A stretch of 64,000 bases of DNA from Candidatus Woesearchaeota archaeon (lineage in GTDB: Archaea; Nanobdellota; Nanobdellia; Pacearchaeales; GW2011-AR1), in assembly GCA_964530945.1 (NCBI GenBank), contig CAZHCJ010000001.1, positions 66,140 to 130,139 on the forward strand, read 5' to 3'. The notes under the pieces are model-generated. The model did no database searches. It was given only the letters and a program-made list of their open reading frames with translations, and had not been told where the DNA came from. The position numbers and the translations under genes are program-made. This document shows positions 46,827 to 55,755 of the stretch, piece by piece. Position 1 is the stretch's first letter, and every line of letters begins with the position of its first letter.

Positions 46827-47575
46827 AACGAATAAAGGTTAAACCTGTTTTTGACATTTTTTCTCCTTCTAAAAAATCTCAAAAAATAAAGAAAAAGATT
46901 TCTAAGCAAAAAATAATTGTCGACCATCGAGAAAAGAACTCTCACGTTGTTCACGAGCTCGAATCTAACGGTTTTGTTCCAGAATTCCATCAACTAAAAG
47001 TCGCAGATTACATAATCAACGAAACGGCTATAGAAAGAAAAACAGTTCAAGACTTTGTTTCGAGCATGATAAACAAACGTTTAATCAAACAATTAAAAGA
47101 ACTTCGACAATATCCTTCTCGTCTTTTAATTATTGAAGGGATTGATGAACAAGAGCTATACTTGAAGGAAAGCGAATATCTTGAAGAAAAAACCCAGAGA
47201 ATCCATCCTAATGCTATTCGTGGCTTCTTGCTCTCAATTTTATTGAATTATGAAATTCCGATGATTTTCACAAAAAACGCAGAAGACACCGTGAAGTTTA
47301 TATCTATCTTGTCAAAAAAGAAAAAACGAGAACTTCCTCTAAATGTAAACAAAAAAAACCTAAACAAAAAAGAACGCATACAGTTTATTCTCGAAAGCTT
47401 TCACGGCATAGGTCCAAAAACCGCGAGGAAACTTCTTAAGAAATTTAAAACCCTCAAAAATATTTTCTCTGCAACAGAAGAACAGCTTGAAGAAGCAATA
47501 GGTAAAAAAGGAAAAGATATGTTTAAAATTATTCACACAAATTATTCTGAATCAGGAAAAGATTCTAAAAAGTGA
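46823..47575 (+). CDS. ERCC4/XPF-type nuclease with C-terminal HhH2 (nuclease half of a split Hef)
   Basis: IIVDHREK...ADYII...ERK..QD nuclease motifs plus a HhH (GIGPKTARKLL). Confidence 0.8.
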   Translation: MKRIKVKPVFDIFSPSKKSQKIKKKISKQKIIVDHREKNSHVVHELESNGFVPEFHQLKVADYIINETAIERKTVQDFVSSMINKRLIKQLKELRQYPSRLLIIEGIDEQELYLKESEYLEEKTQRIHPNAIRGFLLSILLNYEIPMIFTKNAEDTVKFISILSKKKKRELPLNVNKKNLNKKERIQFILESFHGIGPKTARKLLKKFKTLKNIFSATEEQLEEAIGKKGKDMFKIIHTNYSESGKDSKK

Positions 47576-47603
47576 AAATTAAAATTAATCAAAAAACTTA
47601 TTT

Positions 47604-48367
47604 CTATGCCTCTGTTTTTTCGCGGACTTCAGACACCCCGAAAACGCGAGCGTTCGCACCGTCGCCCCAGCCATCCCAGCCACAGCCCACAACATACAAC
47701 CTGTCATCAACAAGGTACCAGCCGGAACCCAAACCCGCAACTCTTTGCATTGGTTCTTGTCCTTCTTCTAAACCTAAACCATAAATTGTTGGATTCATTT
47801 AAAAACTGAAGAAACCTCTCCGAGTTTTTCAGCGCCTTCAATACCATAATTTGCAATTACAAATCCGTCTCTTGAAAGAGTTTCTTTTGAATGATTTCCA
47901 ATACTATATGTTTTTTTGGGCGCAAATCTAACTTTTTCGTCTTGACTAAACCTTACTCCTAATTCTGCATTTCCATTTGAAAGCCTATCTTCAAGCTCTT
48001 CAAGATTAACTTCTGCCCTTGTTCCTAAAGCTTCCTCATCCTAAACAACATAAACCCCTTCAGGAGTCCAAATATTTCTATTAAAAACCCAAAGCCACAT
48101 ATTCTTCATTATTTCCCTAACATCTCTTCCTTCAGAGGAATTTTTTAGAGTTTCATCAAAAAATACAGAATAAACCAATGGCGCTGTTAAATCTCCTGTT
48201 GGGACTCTTTGTCCAGAGTCAAGAATCTATTTTCCAACTTCTGTATATTTGCTTGGTCCTTTTGCAGGATGAATATAACTTATTTCCCCTTTTGAAGTTG
48301 GAACTATCACCTTAACCGGTTCTGTAGGTCTTTCAATTCTTGCATTTCTTTGAACAGTGTTTTCCAT
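47604..48367 (-). pseudogene. degraded gene: one reading frame with two in-frame TAG stops, then a +1 shift into a GC-rich C-terminal segment
   Basis: Hand translation from ATG 48365-48367 gives MENTVQRNARIERPTEPVKVIVPTSKGEISYIHPAKGPSKYTEVGK*ILDSGQRVPTGDLTAPLVYSVFFDE...PEGVYVV*DEEALGTRAEVNLEELEDRLSNGNAELGVRFSQDEK...GIEGAEKLGEVSSVFK, then after a frameshift MNPTIYGLGLEEGQEPMQRVAGLGSGWYLVDDRLYVVGCGWDGWGDGANARVFGVSEV. No intact ORF of 60 aa or more lies on either strand across 47810-48423. Confidence 0.5.
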
Positions 48368-48423
48368 GTAAAAACAATAAAATTAATATTTATAAAATTT
48401 ACTATCTTGTTACTATTTTAGAA

Positions 48424-49017
48424 TTACTTCGGAACTCTCTCTATAAATTCTGACAAAGAATAACTCTCCAAAACCTCATAAACGGGCCCTTCAGGATACA
48501 ATGTAGATTTCTTAAAATAAAAATTTTCGACTTTGAATTTCAAGCTTTTTGGAATTTCTATCTTGTTCAACTCGGATAAAAAATACTTCTTGTTTTTCAG
48601 GTTCTTCACGCGAGCAATTGTCAAATGGCTCATGAATCTTTCTTCTTTTTCAAAATTTTCACTTTCCAATTCTGAAAGTTTTTCATCAACAGCTTTTTGG
48701 AGTTTCGAAACATTCTCTATTTTTAACCAAACAATCCGAACATATTTCTCAGAAAAAACACCTATCCTAGAAACTCTTGCGTCAAAAGAGTTCATGTTTA
48801 TCTCTTTCAATTTTTCTTTAACTTTTTCCAAGGTTTTTTGAGAAATATCTCCCAGAAACTTCAATGTTAAATGGAAATTTTCTGGCTCTGTGAGCTTTCC
48901 TCTAAATCCCGGTAAAGAATCCTGAATCTTTTTTATTTCCTGACGTAATCGCTCCGGAATATCTACAGAAACAAACGCCCTAATTTTTTCTTCATTTTCT
49001 TTTTCCTCGTTTTCCAT
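48424..49017 (-). CDS. thpR: RNA 2',3'-cyclic phosphodiesterase / 2'-5' RNA ligase (2H family)
   Basis: Two H-x-T/S-x motifs (HLTLKFLG; HLTIARV). Confidence 0.75.
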   Translation of the reverse strand: MENEEKENEEKIRAFVSVDIPERLRQEIKKIQDSLPGFRGKLTEPENFHLTLKFLGDISQKTLEKVKEKLKEINMNSFDARVSRIGVFSEKYVRIVWLKIENVSKLQKAVDEKLSELESENFEKEERFMSHLTIARVKNLKNKKYFLSELNKIEIPKSLKFKVENFYFKKSTLYPEGPVYEVLESYSLSEFIERVPK

Positions 49018-49225
49018 ATAACCAAAATTAGAGATAAACTTTTAAACATTCTCTCTTTTTTGCTTCCATGAAGAATTCGGCAAATTTAACAGAAAAAGAG
49101 ACTCTTATTGAAATTCTCAAAGGCATTAAAGAATCTCTTGACAAAAATTTGGAAAAGATTTCAGAGAAGCTTGGTAAAATAGAAAACGAACTTTCTGCCC
49201 TGTCAAGAGCGACTCATTGAGCTCT

Positions 49226-50455
49226 CTACTTTTTCTCTTCTGAAACCTTGTCTTCAGGTAACAAGGCAAAAAAGCTAAACTCTTCAGATGCTCTTTTCGC
49301 CAATTCTTTTACATCTTCAAGCCTTACCGCATTCACATCTTTTTCAAAATCATAAAATTTTTCTGCATTTCCTAACAATTCATAAGACAACAAATAAACC
49401 ATTAAAGAACGAGAATCCTCTAGGGCAATTTGATAGTTCCCTATTGCTTGCTCCTTCGCCTGTTTCAACTCCAATTCATCAATATTCTCTGCAACATCTT
49501 TAAACTCTTTGATTATCAATTCTTTAACTTTTTCCACATTTTCTTTCATCGTTCCAACAAATATATAATTGAACGCGTATTTTTTTCTTACCACAGAACC
49601 TCCTTTAACGCTGTAGGCAAGATTTCTTTTTTCTCTTATCTCTGAAAACAATCTAGAAGAAAGGCCGTTTGCCATCAATGTATTCAAAAGTGTCGCAGCA
49701 TTATTTTTTGGATCGTCAGCTAAAGGGACGTGGTATGCAAAAACAAGATTGGCCTGGTCTATCCCTTTTCGTTCTTCAATACGTTTTTCTATTTTTTCTT
49801 TCACTTCTATTTGTTTTATTTCTCCTTTTTCGGTTCCAAAATTCTTCTCAGCAAATGACACTAATTCAGAAAAATCTGCATCCCCAACAACACACAAAAT
49901 CATATTGTTCGGCTTGTAAACCTCGTTGAACGTTTCAATCATCTTTTCTTTATCAATAGATTCCATAGATTCCACAGTACCAATTACTGGAATTCCAAAA
50001 GGCTCTTCATAAAGATTCTTATGTATTTCCTCAAAAACATAATGCATTGGATTATCTTTGTAGAGTTTCATTTCTTCAAAAATAACCTTGCGCTCTTTCT
50101 CTATTTCTTTTTCGTCGAACAACGGATTTTTAACAATATCTGATAATACATCTAATGCAACATTCAAATGTCTTGAAGGCATCTTACACCAAAAAGCGGT
50201 TATGTCTTCATCAGTAAATCCATTTAACTCTCCACCTTTTTTTTCTATCTCTTCAGCGATTTGCTTTGCTGTTCGATTCGGCGTTCCCTTGTACAACAAA
50301 TGCTCAATAAAATGAGATATTCCTTTTTCTTCCGCAATCTCGTTAATTCCTCCTTGTCTAACTGCAAAAGCCACACTAACGACAGGTACTTCACGCTTCT
50401 CAAAAATCACCGTCATTCCGTTTTTCAAAACTTTTCTAAAAAATCGAGGTTTCAT
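49226..50455 (-). CDS. M16-family zinc peptidase (pitrilysin-like)
   Basis: Inverted zinc motif HFIEHLLYKGT (HxxEH); start likely at MKPRFF. Confidence 0.75.
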   Translation of the reverse strand: MKPRFFRKVLKNGMTVIFEKREVPVVSVAFAVRQGGINEIAEEKGISHFIEHLLYKGTPNRTAKQIAEEIEKKGGELNGFTDEDITAFWCKMPSRHLNVALDVLSDIVKNPLFDEKEIEKERKVIFEEMKLYKDNPMHYVFEEIHKNLYEEPFGIPVIGTVESMESIDKEKMIETFNEVYKPNNMILCVVGDADFSELVSFAEKNFGTEKGEIKQIEVKEKIEKRIEERKGIDQANLVFAYHVPLADDPKNNAATLLNTLMANGLSSRLFSEIREKRNLAYSVKGGSVVRKKYAFNYIFVGTMKENVEKVKELIIKEFKDVAENIDELELKQAKEQAIGNYQIALEDSRSLMVYLLSYELLGNAEKFYDFEKDVNAVRLEDVKELAKRASEEFSFFALLPEDKVSEEKK

Positions 50456-50489
50456 AATTAAAATAAAGTTCAAGGTTATTTAAAATTAA

Positions 50490-50744
50490 TCAATATGCAC
50501 TATCTTCATACTCTTGTTCTGAACCTAGTTGCTGTACTAAAATAAAAATTATAAATCCTATTGCAAGAATCAATGCAAATGCAAACAAAACATAATATGC
50601 TTCTGCTAAATAATCTGCATTGCTTTTTTCTTCATCTCCCTCCACACCTGCGTTTCCTGCACTTTCCTGTGTACTAACTATATAGAAAAGAAATCCTGCC
50701 GATAATAAAACTATCAAAAACAATATCCAAAATGCCTTTGCCAT
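50490..50744 (-). CDS. small membrane protein
   Basis: 84 aa with two hydrophobic helices. Confidence 0.35.
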   Translation of the reverse strand: MAKAFWILFLIVLLSAGFLFYIVSTQESAGNAGVEGDEEKSNADYLAEAYYVLFAFALILAIGFIIFILVQQLGSEQEYEDSAY

Positions 50745-50750
50745 CTTCTA

Positions 50751-50990
50751 TTAAAATATAAACCAAATAACAAGTCCTGCAATTACCACTACTGCCAAAA
50801 CTATCAAAAGCCACATCCACCATTTCATTTTCTTTTTTGGTTTTTGGCCAGGCATGGTTTGTCCCATTGCTTGCCCTCCTTGGGGTGCTGGCTGCTGAGC
50901 AGGCTGAGCTTGTCCAGCCGGAACATTTCCTGCAGGTTGTTGTGTCGGTTGTTGTGTTTGTGCCATCTTAACCTCTGTTTTATAGTTCAA
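50751..50990 (-). CDS. small Q/P-rich protein with C-terminal TM helix
   Basis: 79 aa: QQPAGNVPAGQAQPAQQPAPQGGQ then KKKMKWWMWLLIVLAVVVIAGLVIWFIF. Confidence 0.4.
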   Translation of the reverse strand: MNYKTEVKMAQTQQPTQQPAGNVPAGQAQPAQQPAPQGGQAMGQTMPGQKPKKKMKWWMWLLIVLAVVVIAGLVIWFIF

Positions 50991-51014
50991 TTAATAAAAA
51001 CAATATTATAAATC

Positions 51015-51794
51015 TTACTTATTCTCAAAAATTAAAAAACGTTCCTCAGCAATTTCAAAATCCCTCAGCAATTTAAAGTTATGTTTTAAAAATCTCAAGA
51101 ACCATGTCCTTTTTGCCCAAATTTTATCTCTTTTAACCATACTTTTCAAAGGAAAGCTCACTACAAAGCGTTCAACATCTTCTCTTAAACTTAAAATAAG
51201 TTTTTTAGAATAATTCCTCTCCAAGGATTCTAAAGAATCAATAACTTTCAAAAGGAAAACAACCCTTGGCTTTTTTGTTTTCTTGACTATATGTAAAACC
51301 TTTTCCAAATTCATCAGGCTTTCATGAAACACTCTTCCTTGAATATTTTTTCTTTCAAAAAAAGCATTTGTCTTCTTCACAAACTGCCCTATCGCTTCAA
51401 CACCCACATAACCCACCCTAAAGCCAGCCTCTTTGAAAAATTCGTAAGAAAAACCATTAACTCCACAACCCAAATCCACAACACTTAATTTTTTATCTTT
51501 TGGTAAACCCTCCAGAACTCTTTCATAAATCTCTTTGTAACTTGAAAAGCGCTCTCTTGTTGACAAGTGTTTTTTCAAAACCCATTCTTTTTTCGGATTT
51601 TGTTTAACTAATATTTTTCTAGATCCAAAACTAGAATAATTTTCCATGAGGAACCTTCTAACCAGTTTCACCCTCTCAGAATCAGAAAGCTCTTTGGTTT
51701 GAAACTTTTCCAAAACGCGTTTGACATCTACAAAAGGAAGTTGAGAATACTCCTTCTTTTTCATTATTTTCCGAATAATCTCTTTTTCATCCAT
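51015..51794 (-). CDS. SAM-dependent methyltransferase resembling the FmrO/ArmA/RmtB 16S rRNA m7G1405 methyltransferase family
   Basis: HLSTRERFSSYKEIYERVL followed by SVVDLGCGVNGFSY parallels the HASTKERL...LDIGCGFNP of aminoglycoside-resistance methyltransferases. Call made from memory of the family. Confidence 0.5.
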   Translation of the reverse strand: MDEKEIIRKIMKKKEYSQLPFVDVKRVLEKFQTKELSDSERVKLVRRFLMENYSSFGSRKILVKQNPKKEWVLKKHLSTRERFSSYKEIYERVLEGLPKDKKLSVVDLGCGVNGFSYEFFKEAGFRVGYVGVEAIGQFVKKTNAFFERKNIQGRVFHESLMNLEKVLHIVKKTKKPRVVFLLKVIDSLESLERNYSKKLILSLREDVERFVVSFPLKSMVKRDKIWAKRTWFLRFLKHNFKLLRDFEIAEERFLIFENK

Positions 51795-51828
51795 AAATAT
51801 TTTTAAGCCACCTTCATTTATAAGGTGT

Positions 51829-52731
51829 ATGCCAATAAACGCGCATCCTGACTATCTTGCAGCAGAAAAGGAGTATTTAGCTGCGCAAACCCTTGAACAA
51901 AAAATTGAAAAGCTAAAAAAGATGATTTCTTTGGCTCCAAGCCACAAGGGTGCGGAGAACCTTAGGGCACAACTAACGACTCGTTTAAAGAAACTTCTTG
52001 CTCAACAAGAGCGTCGAGAACGCGCAGGCAAGCCAAGCAAAACAGGCATCAAAAAAGCCGACATGCAGGCAGTTATTGTGGGTTTCTCAAACACTGGAAA
52101 ATCTACATTGCTAAAAGCGCTAACAAATGCTGAGCCAGAAATTGCAAACTACAGGTTCACCACAAAAGAGCCAGTAATAGGGACTTTAAAACACAACAAC
52201 GTTAGCATACAGATAATAGAAGTCCCTGCATCCGAATCAGAATTTTATGATCGCGGAATCGTTAATACTGCAGATACAATTCTAATTCTTGTGAACGACC
52301 TGAAACAAATAAAAAAAATTCAAGAAGATCTGGACAAAGCGTTAGGAAAACACATAATCCTTTACGCCCTCTCAAAAAATGATGATAAAAGAAAAATATC
52401 TGCAAATCTTAAAAGCAATAAATATAATTTTGTTGTTGTTGATTTAAATTCAAATAAAGGATTAGAAGAACTTAAAGACAAACTCTTTCAAAGTTTTGAT
52501 AAAATACGTGTTTACACAAAAGAACCTGGGAAAGAACCAGACAAATCCAAGCCAATTGTGCTTGATAAAAATTCTACAGTCGAAAAAGCGGCCGAAAAGA
52601 TACTTCATGGCTTCAGTAAAAAGGTTAAAGAAGCTTTCATTACCGGCCCAAGCAGTAAATTCCCTCACCAACGCGTTGGCTTAAAACACAAACTTAAGGA
52701 CTTAGATATTTTAGAACTGAAAACCAAATAA
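51829..52731 (+). CDS. DRG/Obg-like GTPase with C-terminal TGS-like segment
   Basis: N-terminal helical region, G1 GFSNTGKSTLL, TKEP (G2), and a C-terminal GLKHKLKDLDILEL. Confidence 0.65.
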   Translation: MPINAHPDYLAAEKEYLAAQTLEQKIEKLKKMISLAPSHKGAENLRAQLTTRLKKLLAQQERRERAGKPSKTGIKKADMQAVIVGFSNTGKSTLLKALTNAEPEIANYRFTTKEPVIGTLKHNNVSIQIIEVPASESEFYDRGIVNTADTILILVNDLKQIKKIQEDLDKALGKHIILYALSKNDDKRKISANLKSNKYNFVVVDLNSNKGLEELKDKLFQSFDKIRVYTKEPGKEPDKSKPIVLDKNSTVEKAAEKILHGFSKKVKEAFITGPSSKFPHQRVGLKHKLKDLDILELKTK

Positions 52732-52736
52732 TAAAA

Positions 52737-53699
52737 CTATTTCCACTGTTTCCTAATGGGGGCAATGATTTTCTCCAAATATTCTGCAACAGCATTTTTT
52801 AAATCTTGTGCGTGAAGCTCGCCGCTTTCAAACGCTTTTTCCAACTCTTTATAATTTTCAACATTCAAAATCCCGCCAAATTTCTCTGGACGTTTGATAT
52901 CAATTTTATCAAAAACGGGAAAAACAACGAGTTTGGCTATAGATAAAACAGGATTGTTCTTAATGTCTCCTTGTTTACAATATGCCTTATCGACTTTTTT
53001 CTTGATATCTTTCTTGCTATCCCGTATCGAAATAAAACTATTTTCAACAGAACTAGACATTTTTGTCCCCGGACCTTTCAAACCAGGAATTAAAGGCGTG
53101 TAAACATAAACTGCATCTTGCAAATCTATCTCCGAGCCCTCGTCTATTCCCAACATATATATTTTTCTTTGATCACTTCCTGCAACAACAAAATTCGTTT
53201 TCAGATATTTGACATCGGCAACTTGCATTAAGGGATAAATAACCTGTGAGATTTTTGCATTCTCAATATCTCTTGCAACTTGTTGCATGCTTCTAACTCC
53301 TCTATTAATTGTAACCTTCAATGCCAGCTTCAAAATATCTTCCATATATTCAGGGGTTTTTTGGTAACTAGTACCGCGAACAATTTCTGCATCAAGCCCC
53401 ACAGAACTGAAACCACGTTGCCATTGTTTTAATTGTTTGTTCACAAAATCCCAATCTCCTTTTTTATTCAGCCAGGTATGCCAATCTGCCAATAAAACTT
53501 TAATTTTAATTCCTGCTTTTTGCATATCTAAAAGCTTAATAATTGTAACTAAATGTCCTAAATGTATTTCTCCGCTGCACTCATACCCGCAATAAACCAC
53601 TCCTTTTTTCACAAACTTTTCAATCTTGTCTTCATTGATTATCTCTACAGCATTTCTTTTAACCAACTTCAGACGCTCTTTTGTTTCCATGTAACACAT
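52737..53699 (-). CDS. tyrS: tyrosyl-tRNA synthetase (archaeal short form)
   Basis: HIGH region EIHLGH, KMSSS, and overall similarity to the archaeal TyrRS pattern (VIYPLMQVADV...GSDQRKIYML...KAYC). Confidence 0.8.
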   Translation of the reverse strand: MCYMETKERLKLVKRNAVEIINEDKIEKFVKKGVVYCGYECSGEIHLGHLVTIIKLLDMQKAGIKIKVLLADWHTWLNKKGDWDFVNKQLKQWQRGFSSVGLDAEIVRGTSYQKTPEYMEDILKLALKVTINRGVRSMQQVARDIENAKISQVIYPLMQVADVKYLKTNFVVAGSDQRKIYMLGIDEGSEIDLQDAVYVYTPLIPGLKGPGTKMSSSVENSFISIRDSKKDIKKKVDKAYCKQGDIKNNPVLSIAKLVVFPVFDKIDIKRPEKFGGILNVENYKELEKAFESGELHAQDLKNAVAEYLEKIIAPIRKQWK

Positions 53700-53735
53700 A
53701 AAACATTATTAATTATTAAACTTTATTGTTTAAAA

Positions 53736-54500
53736 TTAATAATCAAAAAATTCACTTCCGGAATCCTGCCCTAAACTTGAACCATTTCCTGTGCTTGCTT
53801 GTGCTTGTCCTGCTTCTTGTCCTGCTTGAGTTCCTGAGGTATTTCCTTCTCCTACGTTTGTAGCGCCAGCAGCACGAGCCTGACTAAATTCTTCTCCTTT
53901 CCCTATACTATTGAAAGCTTGTTGAAGTCCTTCTCGCGCTTGTTCTGATGTTTCACTCATTACTCTTTGTAATGTTTCGTTTGCAACTTGCTCCCCTCTT
54001 GAGGGATCTATTTCCCTTAATGCGCTGACAGATTCTTCTCTTCCTCTCGCACTATTTTCCATCGCTCTTTCTATTGCTCCTTTAGCTTCTTCAGGAACCT
54101 GCTCCAAAACACCCGCAAGAACAATTAAGTGGTGCGTGGTTTGGTTTACAATCCTTTCAGCAACCTCTCCTCTTTCAGTATTTTGGGCTCTTTCTTGAAG
54201 CCTCTCTAAATTTCTTTGATATAAACCTAAAGACCTATTTGCTGCTTTTTCATCTCCTTTTTCTGCCATTGCTATTGTTTCCGCAGCTTTTTCATTTGCT
54301 AAAGATTCAGCACCTTGAAAACCGTCAAAGATTCTGTCTAAAAAATAAAATGCGCTGTCAGGAGTAATTCCAGGATTTCCTATATCTTCTGCGGTTTGCG
54401 CGCCTACAAGGCCCATCGCAAATAAACCGAATGCAGAAAATACAACGAATATCATCAATTTATCCATGAGCAAATAAGAGAACAGATCTTTATAAATCAA
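53736..54500 (-). CDS. secreted protein, Glu/Ala/Gln-rich, locally GC-richer than surroundings
   Basis: N-terminal signal-like helix (MIFVVFSAFGLFAMGLVGAQTA) and low-complexity acidic repeats. Confidence 0.5.
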   Translation of the reverse strand: MIYKDLFSYLLMDKLMIFVVFSAFGLFAMGLVGAQTAEDIGNPGITPDSAFYFLDRIFDGFQGAESLANEKAAETIAMAEKGDEKAANRSLGLYQRNLERLQERAQNTERGEVAERIVNQTTHHLIVLAGVLEQVPEEAKGAIERAMENSARGREESVSALREIDPSRGEQVANETLQRVMSETSEQAREGLQQAFNSIGKGEEFSQARAAGATNVGEGNTSGTQAGQEAGQAQASTGNGSSLGQDSGSEFFDY

Positions 54501-54545
54501 TCTTTTTTTAGAAATTCTTATTAATGTTAAAAACCATACATAGTA

Positions 54546-55754
54546 ATGCTTATAGAGATTTTTCTATGGCTTCTTCTCGGAGTTCTTTTTGGCACATTTA
54601 CAGGCCTCATCCCTGGCATCCACGTGAACCTTGTGGCTCTTATTGTTTTGTCCCTCTCTGTATCATTGTTCTTTTCTCTCAATCCGGTCCTTCTTGTAGT
54701 TTTTATTGTTGCTATGGCAATAACCCACACCTTTTTAGATTTCATTCCAAGCATTCTTCTCGGCTGTCCCGACACAGATACAGAACTCTCCATTCTTCCA
54801 GGACACGAACTCCTTAAACAAGGCAAGGGGCACGAAGCCATCTCTCTAACTTGTTATGGGAGTTTTGCAGCAATTCTGCTTTTAATGATAATCGCTCTTC
54901 CATCAATATTTCTCATAAAAAAAATATATCCATATGTCTATTTCTTAATTCCCTATTTTTTGATTTTTATCTCAATGGTTCTCATTTTATTAGAAAAGAA
55001 TAAGACTAACGCATTATTTGTGTTTCTTCTCTCAGGAATTCTTGGCTGGAGTGTTTTAAATTTCGACTCTCTTTCCTTAACTTTTTTCAAAGAGCCCCTT
55101 TTGCCCTTACTTACCGGGCTCTTTGGAGCTTCAAACCTTTTTCTAAGCATAAAAAACAAAACCAAAATTCCTAAACAAAAAATTTCAAAAACACACTTCA
55201 AAAAAACATTTTTTAAACCCATCTCTGGAGCATTGATTGCTTCTCCGCTTTCAAGCTTCCTTCCTGGATTAGGAAGTGGTCAAGCGGCAATCATTGGAAA
55301 TCTAATCTCTAAAACGGACAGACGTGGTTTCTTGGTTCTATTGGGAACGACAAACACTTTAGTCATGGGCTTTTCTTTCATAACATTTTACATTGTTGGA
55401 AGGACCCGCACAGGAGCCGCAGTAGCAATAAAAGAAATTTTAGGAAGTTTTAATTATGAAATTTTAATTCTAATTCTCTCCATTATTTTAATTACAGGAA
55501 TTATTTCTTTCTTCCTGGCCTTAAACATCTCAAAACTCTTATCGGCAAGAATCCATAAAATAAAATACTCAAAGCTTTCATTGGCAACATTAATCTTTCT
55601 CGCCATCATCGTCCTTCTGGTTTCAAAACCCTTTGGGTTTCTGGTCTTGATTATTTCCACACTTACAGGAATTTATTCAATAAACCTCGGCGTTAGAAGA
55701 ACACAAATGATGGGTTGCTTGCTTCTACCCACAATTATTTTTTATTTGTTTTGA
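54546..55754 (+). CDS. TctA-like (DUF112) membrane transporter-family protein
   Basis: 402-aa polytopic membrane protein with GLIPG and GSGQAAIIG motifs. Confidence 0.5.
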   Translation: MLIEIFLWLLLGVLFGTFTGLIPGIHVNLVALIVLSLSVSLFFSLNPVLLVVFIVAMAITHTFLDFIPSILLGCPDTDTELSILPGHELLKQGKGHEAISLTCYGSFAAILLLMIIALPSIFLIKKIYPYVYFLIPYFLIFISMVLILLEKNKTNALFVFLLSGILGWSVLNFDSLSLTFFKEPLLPLLTGLFGASNLFLSIKNKTKIPKQKISKTHFKKTFFKPISGALIASPLSSFLPGLGSGQAAIIGNLISKTDRRGFLVLLGTTNTLVMGFSFITFYIVGRTRTGAAVAIKEILGSFNYEILILILSIILITGIISFFLALNISKLLSARIHKIKYSKLSLATLIFLAIIVLLVSKPFGFLVLIISTLTGIYSINLGVRRTQMMGCLLLPTIIFYLF

Positions 55755-55755
55755 T

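Noticed and set aside
47600-47800. GC-rich island considered as a structured ncRNA (SRP RNA or RNase P RNA)
   Set aside because: It translates as sensible protein sequence contiguous (after a +1 shift) with the upstream degenerate frame. I could not find conserved SRP helix-8 or RNase P motifs or convincing extended helices.
47572-47809. Plus-strand ORFs in the GC-rich island (47572-47784, 47606-47809)
   Set aside because: Pro/Ser/Gln-rich nonsense translation antisense to the pseudogene frame.
54524-54841. Overlapping ORFs on both strands at the start of the TctA-like gene
   Set aside because: Overlap with the membrane-protein gene and the GC-rich tail of the upstream secreted-protein gene. 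No features supporting independent genes.
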